Below are positions 59,343-64,000 of a DNA stretch of 64,000 nucleotides, piece after piece. Below the pieces are notes generated by a model. That model saw nothing but the letters and a program-made list of their open reading frames with translations, was not told where the DNA came from and did not search any database. Source of the stretch: Pseudomonadota bacterium (lineage in GTDB: Bacteria; Myxococcota; JACRCW01; JAFGSX01); assembly GCA_043821645.1 (NCBI GenBank), contig JBDRCO010000101.1:1-64000 (forward strand), written 5' to 3'. A program made the position numbers and the translations under genes. The first letter of the stretch is position 1. Every line of letters begins with the position of its first letter.

Positions 59343-60692
59343 TCATGCTTCGATGTCGCGCTGGTGCTTGACCACGCCGGTCTTGTAGGCGGCGTCGGCC
59401 ACCGCCTTTGCCACGGCCTCGTGCAGTTCCTTCTTGAGCAGGCTCGGCACCAGATCACCCTCGGCGGCGTGCTCGGCGATGACGGTGGCGGCGGCGATCT
59501 TCATCAGGTTGTTGACGCGGGTGGCTCGCGCCATCAGCGCGCCCTTGAACAGGCCCGGGAACGCGAGCGCATTGTTGACGCCCTTGCCATCTGCCGCGAA
59601 GGCTGCTCCGGCCTCGATGGCGTCGTCGGGGGAGATCTCGGGATCGGGGTTGCTGAGCGCGAGGATCACCTGCTTGGGCTGCACCAGCTCGGGCTTGATC
59701 AAACCGGGCACACCGGTGGTGGCGATGACGATCTTCGACTCCTTCATCACCCCGGCCAGATCCGTCGCGTTCCCTCCGCCATCCGAGAAGCGCTTGAGGG
59801 CACCCTCGTTGATGTCGGTGCCGCAGATCGTCTGCACCCCGTAGGCCTTGAGCAGCTTGAAGATACCCATGCCGGCAGCGCCAAGACCGATGATGCCCAC
59901 GTTCGATTTCTTGAGGTTGATGTAGGTGTAGCGGGCGATGTTGAGCAGAGCGGCGAGCACCACCACGGCCGTGCCGTGCTGGTCGTCGTGCACCACCGGG
60001 ATGTCCAGGATCTGGTCGAGCTGGTTCTCGATCTCGAAACATTCCGGAGCGCGGATGTCCTCGAGCTTGATGGCGCCGAAGGTGGGGGCGATCGCCTTGA
60101 CCGCCTGGATGATCACCTCGGGGTCCTTGCTGTCGATCAGGATGGGGATACCGTTGATGTCGGCGAGCAGCTTGAACAGCAGCGACTTGCCTTCCATGAC
60201 GGGCATGCCCGCCACGGGGCCGATGTCACCGAGCCCCAGGATCGCCGTGCCGTTGGTCACGATGGCCACGGTGTTGGGGATGCCCGTGTACAGGTAGGCC
60301 AGCTCGGGGTCCTTGTGGATCTTGCGGCAGATGCTGGCCACGCCGGGCGTATAGACCAGCCCCAGGTCATCGATCGACTGCACGGCCACGCGGGGCTGGA
60401 TCTCGATCTTTCCACCGCGATGCACCTCTTGCACCACATCCTTGGTGTCGATGAGGTTGACACCCTCCATGCGGCGCACATCGTCGCAGATCTGGTCGAA
60501 CACCTCCTCGGAACGGACCCAGATGTCGACGTCGCGGATCTTGTAGTTCTTGCCCATGGAGACCGAGCGGATCTCACCGAAGGCGCCGCCGTGGCTGGCC
60601 ACCATACTGGCAAAGGCACCCAGGCTACACGGGACGTGCGTGAACTTGATGCGTGCGCGCTTGATGATGCGAATGGCGGATTCGTGCTTCAT
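59343..60692 (-). CDS. NAD(P)-dependent malic enzyme with N-terminal ACT domain
   Basis: YTPGVA, VTNGTAILGLGDIG, PVMEGK, LEDI, HDDQHGT, GLGAAG, ALSNPDPEI, NNALAFPG. Confidence 0.95.
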   Translation of the reverse strand: MKHESAIRIIKRARIKFTHVPCSLGAFASMVASHGGAFGEIRSVSMGKNYKIRDVDIWVRSEEVFDQICDDVRRMEGVNLIDTKDVVQEVHRGGKIEIQPRVAVQSIDDLGLVYTPGVASICRKIHKDPELAYLYTGIPNTVAIVTNGTAILGLGDIGPVAGMPVMEGKSLLFKLLADINGIPILIDSKDPEVIIQAVKAIAPTFGAIKLEDIRAPECFEIENQLDQILDIPVVHDDQHGTAVVVLAALLNIARYTYINLKKSNVGIIGLGAAGMGIFKLLKAYGVQTICGTDINEGALKRFSDGGGNATDLAGVMKESKIVIATTGVPGLIKPELVQPKQVILALSNPDPEISPDDAIEAGAAFAADGKGVNNALAFPGLFKGALMARATRVNNLMKIAAATVIAEHAAEGDLVPSLLKKELHEAVAKAVADAAYKTGVVKHQRDIEA

Positions 60693-60863
60693 CGAGGACT
60701 CCGGTACCCCCTGCAGCGGGAGCGTCGCAAAGATAGCTCTCTGCGAGGTCCGCACAAGCGTCGCCTGGACGAAATGGCAGGATTCCCTCTCGGTGATGCG
60801 TGGCACTTGCGCGGGGAGCGTGGACCGCTAATCTTGTCCTGCAATCCTTGTAGCGGGGGGGTG

Positions 60864-61856
60864 GTGCAGACTTCAGACAAACGACGCCTGGCGAGACGTT
60901 ATCCCTGTGAGATCGACGTCGAGCTCCATCTTCAGCAACAGCGGCTGTCGGCACGCACCGTCGACGTCAGCCGCCACGGTCTGTTCGTGAGCATGGCGGA
61001 GCCACCAGCCGAGAACCGGGTGGTGTTCCTGACACTGATGGTTCCGGGTGAGAAGCTCGAGACCATGGCGGTGGTCACCCACCGCAAGCTCGAGCCTTCC
61101 AGGGATGAAAGAGGGGCGGGATTCAAGTTCTTCGCCATGTCGCAGGAGGCCCTGCAGCGCTGGGAGAGCTTCCTGGCGAGCCTGGGCAGCGGGCACAGCG
61201 TGCTGCCGCAGCCTCAGGGGGAGGATCGCATCGGCGCCGCCGTGGCCACCTTCTTCATCCAGCTCGACAGCGCGATGGACATGTTCAACTTCTTCGAGCG
61301 CCACGTGGCCAGAGGCGAGATCGTCCGGGTGACCCCGCCAGTCCGCGAGCTCGGTGCCGAGGTCACCATCCTGTTCGTGCACCCGACCACCCAGGAGGAA
61401 TTTTCCCTCAAGGCTCTCGTCGAGGAGCTCTATGCGGACAACCCGCTGCGCATGGGGATCCGCTTCCCTCCTTTGGATCCGGAATTGCGCCGCGCCTTTT
61501 TGCGCTTCCTCGGGCCGAGTGCGGTGGTGGGATCCGATGGCAGCAGCGGGGCCATGCCGCTGCTGGCTGCCGCGCGCAAGGGCTGGACCGAGTACGCCTT
61601 CTTCTCTCCAAAGGTGACCCGGACTCCGGTCGAACCCGAGGTGCGGACCCTGGTGGCCTCGGATGCAAGCCTGCTTTCGATGGAGGGTGCGGACGTCGAT
61701 CTCTCTGATCTGATGGCGACAACTGCCGAGCCCGAAGACGACTTCGATATTGACGTGGTGATGGGGGACGTTCTCGAGTTGCCCGAACTCGAGCATGTGG
61801 ATCCGAAGATGCTGTTCGACTTCGACTGGTTGAAAGGCAACCGCGAGAACAGCTAG
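60864..61856 (+). CDS. PilZ-domain protein
   Basis: RRLARR (RxxxR) and DVSRHG (DxSxxG); second PilZ-like region ending MGIRF; start re-assigned. Confidence 0.8.
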   Translation: MQTSDKRRLARRYPCEIDVELHLQQQRLSARTVDVSRHGLFVSMAEPPAENRVVFLTLMVPGEKLETMAVVTHRKLEPSRDERGAGFKFFAMSQEALQRWESFLASLGSGHSVLPQPQGEDRIGAAVATFFIQLDSAMDMFNFFERHVARGEIVRVTPPVRELGAEVTILFVHPTTQEEFSLKALVEELYADNPLRMGIRFPPLDPELRRAFLRFLGPSAVVGSDGSSGAMPLLAAARKGWTEYAFFSPKVTRTPVEPEVRTLVASDASLLSMEGADVDLSDLMATTAEPEDDFDIDVVMGDVLELPELEHVDPKMLFDFDWLKGNRENS

Positions 61857-62086
61857 AAGCCTCGCCCGCGCAGCATCTTCCGGTACCAGGGTTCGATGGC
61901 GAGTTCGCCGCTGAAGGCCACGGCAAAGGCCGAACCTCGATCCTCGGTGTCCGCAAACTTGATGCCTGGGGGTGGCTGCTTCAGCACGCGGCAGACCAGC
62001 AGCTTGAGGTTGTAGAAGGGATCCAGGGTTGCCAGTTCGCTCTCCGAGGGCTCCAGACTCATCCCTGCTCCGGTGTTGCGCGCCAT
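61853..62086 (-). CDS. Small hypothetical protein
   Basis: 77-aa ORF with strong AGGAGGAGG RBS. Confidence 0.6.
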   Translation of the reverse strand: MARNTGAGMSLEPSESELATLDPFYNLKLLVCRVLKQPPPGIKFADTEDRGSAFAVAFSGELAIEPWYRKMLRGRGF

Positions 62087-62192
62087 GATCGCCTCCTCCT
62101 GATCGCCAGGATTTCAGGATAGCGAGGGGGAGGGGCCAGACACATCCGCAAGTCGACCGATGTCGTGACCACCGTACACTGTCGGGTCCGCG

Positions 62193-63209
62193 CTACACCC
62201 CGAGGTAGCGAGCGCACAGGCTGCGCGCCCGCGCGGTATCGCGGGTGCCCTTGACGATGGTGCGGCCATCCTCGAACACCAAGAGCTCGACTCCGTCGAC
62301 GGACACGCGCGCCATGGCACCGAGCGGGTGAACGCTCACAGCGTCTCCGAGGCGCTGTCTGAGCACGTCAAAGTCAACTCGGACCCCTGGTGTCGGGGAG
62401 ATCTGCACCGCGTCCTGGCCACACAGGACGTCGTTCCAGCTCTGCCGGGCTGGCGTCAAGAAGTCAAAACGCCCCTCGCCACAGCATCGGCAAGCGTCCT
62501 GCCTGGGGACCTGCACCGTGCGCAGCGAGGGCGACCATGCGTCGATGAGGTGTAGCCGACCCGCAGGCTCCGGGTCTCCGACCAGCAGTCGCAGTGCGAG
62601 GCTCACCTGCACGGACGCGACGAGGGAGGGTAGGGCATTCAGCACCCCCACCGTGTCACAGGTGGGCTGGCTTCCTGGCATCGGAGCATCGGGCAGCAGG
62701 CAGCGCAGGCAGGGCCCCCGACCCGGCGTGATGGCCATGGCCATGCCCTCGGTGGCCACCGCGCCACCGTAAATCCAGGGTCGCGTGCGCTGCACGCACA
62801 GGTCGTTGAGAAGGTAGCGGGTCTCGAAGTTGTCACAGGCGTCGACGACCAGATCCATGCCGTCCAGCAGCTCGGCTCCGTTGTGCAGGTTGAGATCCGC
62901 GACCCGGGGATCGAGCTCAACCTCTCGATTCACGTGCCGCAGGTGCTGACCCGCGGCCACGGCCTTGGGCGTGCCGAGATCCGCGTCCACCTCGGTGTAG
63001 AGCAGCTGGCGGTGCAAGTTGCTGCGCTCGACAACGTCGCGATCCACGAGCCTCAGGCGTCCCACACCTGCTCGCGCCAGCAGCTGTGCCTGGGTGCTGC
63101 CCAGGGCGCCGAGGCCGAGCACCAGCACGCTGGCCTGCTGGATGCGCTGCTGGCCCGGATCGCCAATCTGCGGCAGCAGGCGATGGCGTGCATGGCGGTC
63201 GATGTCCAT
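62193..63209 (-). CDS. ThiF/MoeB-family adenylyltransferase
   Basis: GLGALG, DRDVVERSNLHRQ, DNFETR, PCLRC, CRCC. Confidence 0.92.
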   Translation of the reverse strand: MDIDRHARHRLLPQIGDPGQQRIQQASVLVLGLGALGSTQAQLLARAGVGRLRLVDRDVVERSNLHRQLLYTEVDADLGTPKAVAAGQHLRHVNREVELDPRVADLNLHNGAELLDGMDLVVDACDNFETRYLLNDLCVQRTRPWIYGGAVATEGMAMAITPGRGPCLRCLLPDAPMPGSQPTCDTVGVLNALPSLVASVQVSLALRLLVGDPEPAGRLHLIDAWSPSLRTVQVPRQDACRCCGEGRFDFLTPARQSWNDVLCGQDAVQISPTPGVRVDFDVLRQRLGDAVSVHPLGAMARVSVDGVELLVFEDGRTIVKGTRDTARARSLCARYLGV

Positions 63210-63342
63210 CGGTGGGCTCCACACGGGTTCACCGGCATGCTAGCACGTCGTGACGATGGTCCACGCGCCAGGACCTGCCTATGATGCCCGCACTCCCTAG
63301 GTGGTGATCCGGGAACGGCCACACGGCCAGACGAGGTCAGAC

Positions 63343-64000
63343 ATGATCGAGAAGACTCCCACGCGCTTCGATGGCGCCGCGCGCTACGTGCTTGATGACG
63401 AGCTGGCCACGATCGTCAACATCTCCATCGCCCTGGAGATGCCGCTCCTGCTCAAGGGTGAGCCGGGCACGGGCAAGACCATGCTGGCCCACGCCATCGC
63501 CGAGCGTCTGCAGATGCCGCTCAAGGTACTCAACGTCAAGTCGAGTATGAAGCTGGTGGACGCCCTGTACCAGTACGACACCCTGACGCGTCTGAACGAT
63601 AGCCGCTTCGGGGACTCGTCGCGCGACGTGCGCCGCATCGAGGACTATATCCGCATGGGCGTCATCGGCCAGGCCTTCACCGCCGAGCACAAGGTGGTGC
63701 TGCTGATCGACGAGATCGACAAGGCAGACGCCGACTTTCAGGACGACATGCTCGATGTGCTGGATCAGATGTCCTTCGACATCCTCGAGGTGGACCGCAC
63801 CGTCCGCGCTGTGCACCGGCCCGTCATCATCATCACATCAAACGCCAAGAAGGACCTCTCGGATCCCTTTCTTGGGCGCTGCAACTTTCATCACATCGCT
63901 TTTCCGTCGGCCGAACAGATGATGCGCATCGTGCGCGTGCACTTTCCGGACGTGGCGCAGCGGCTGCTCGACGCGACGGCGAGTGCCTTCTACGAGCTGC
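63343..64000 (+). CDS. MoxR-family AAA+ ATPase (partial, runs off window)
   Basis: Manual translation MIEKTPTRFDG..PLLLKGEPGTGKT..LYQYDTLTRL..LLIDEIDKAD..IITSN..DPFLGRC. Confidence 0.9.
   Translation, partial: MIEKTPTRFDGAARYVLDDELATIVNISIALEMPLLLKGEPGTGKTMLAHAIAERLQMPLKVLNVKSSMKLVDALYQYDTLTRLNDSRFGDSSRDVRRIEDYIRMGVIGQAFTAEHKVVLLIDEIDKADADFQDDMLDVLDQMSFDILEVDRTVRAVHRPVIIITSNAKKDLSDPFLGRCNFHHIAFPSAEQMMRIVRVHFPDVAQRLLDATASAFYEL

Noticed and set aside
60720-60750. TTTGCGA-like ScfR/PrpR operator upstream of the malic enzyme gene
   Set aside because: Only one imperfect half-site; insufficient support.
903-61856. Long alternative ORFs (903..3335+, 3685..5037-, 47590..50514-) and N-terminal extensions of 6529..7941, 53993..57190 and 59364..61856
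   Set aside because: Antisense shadows of real genes, as expected in high-GC DNA; no motifs of their own.
62193-63209. ThiF enzyme activating the C-terminal GGG of precursors A2/A3
   Set aside because: It lies about 57 kb away and looks like an ordinary MoeB/ThiF; A1 lacks the GG end.

Overview
High-GC, gene-dense chromosomal window. Cys-rich lipoproteins, a Ser/Thr kinase next to an FHA-sigma54 activator, and PilZ, FHA and MYXO-CTERM-like proteins suggest a Myxococcota/deltaproteobacterial origin (inference). No rRNA, tRNA, CRISPR array or mobile element is supported. The main finding is a compact RiPP locus at 3631-6658. It encodes a PlpX-like (splicease-type) radical SAM/SPASM enzyme, three tandem precursor peptides, and a PqqD/RRE-site-2 (M50) protease fusion. 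The precursors share a leader (LEVQxLEERIAP) and a C-x8-C loop, and carry eight X-Tyr-Gly motifs in total. Four features are missed by the ORF track: (1) a candidate 73-aa selenoprotein with in-frame UGA in a CxxxU motif followed by a SECIS-like hairpin (32321-32542); (2) a 16-nt perfect complement of the 16S rRNA 3' end heading a 13-codon sORF and a branched terminator (50580-50812); (3) a cyclophilin interrupted by an in-frame TAG at the window start; (4) a trypsin-like lipoprotein whose signal peptide lies in another frame. All family assignments come from motif recognition by eye; no database search was run.
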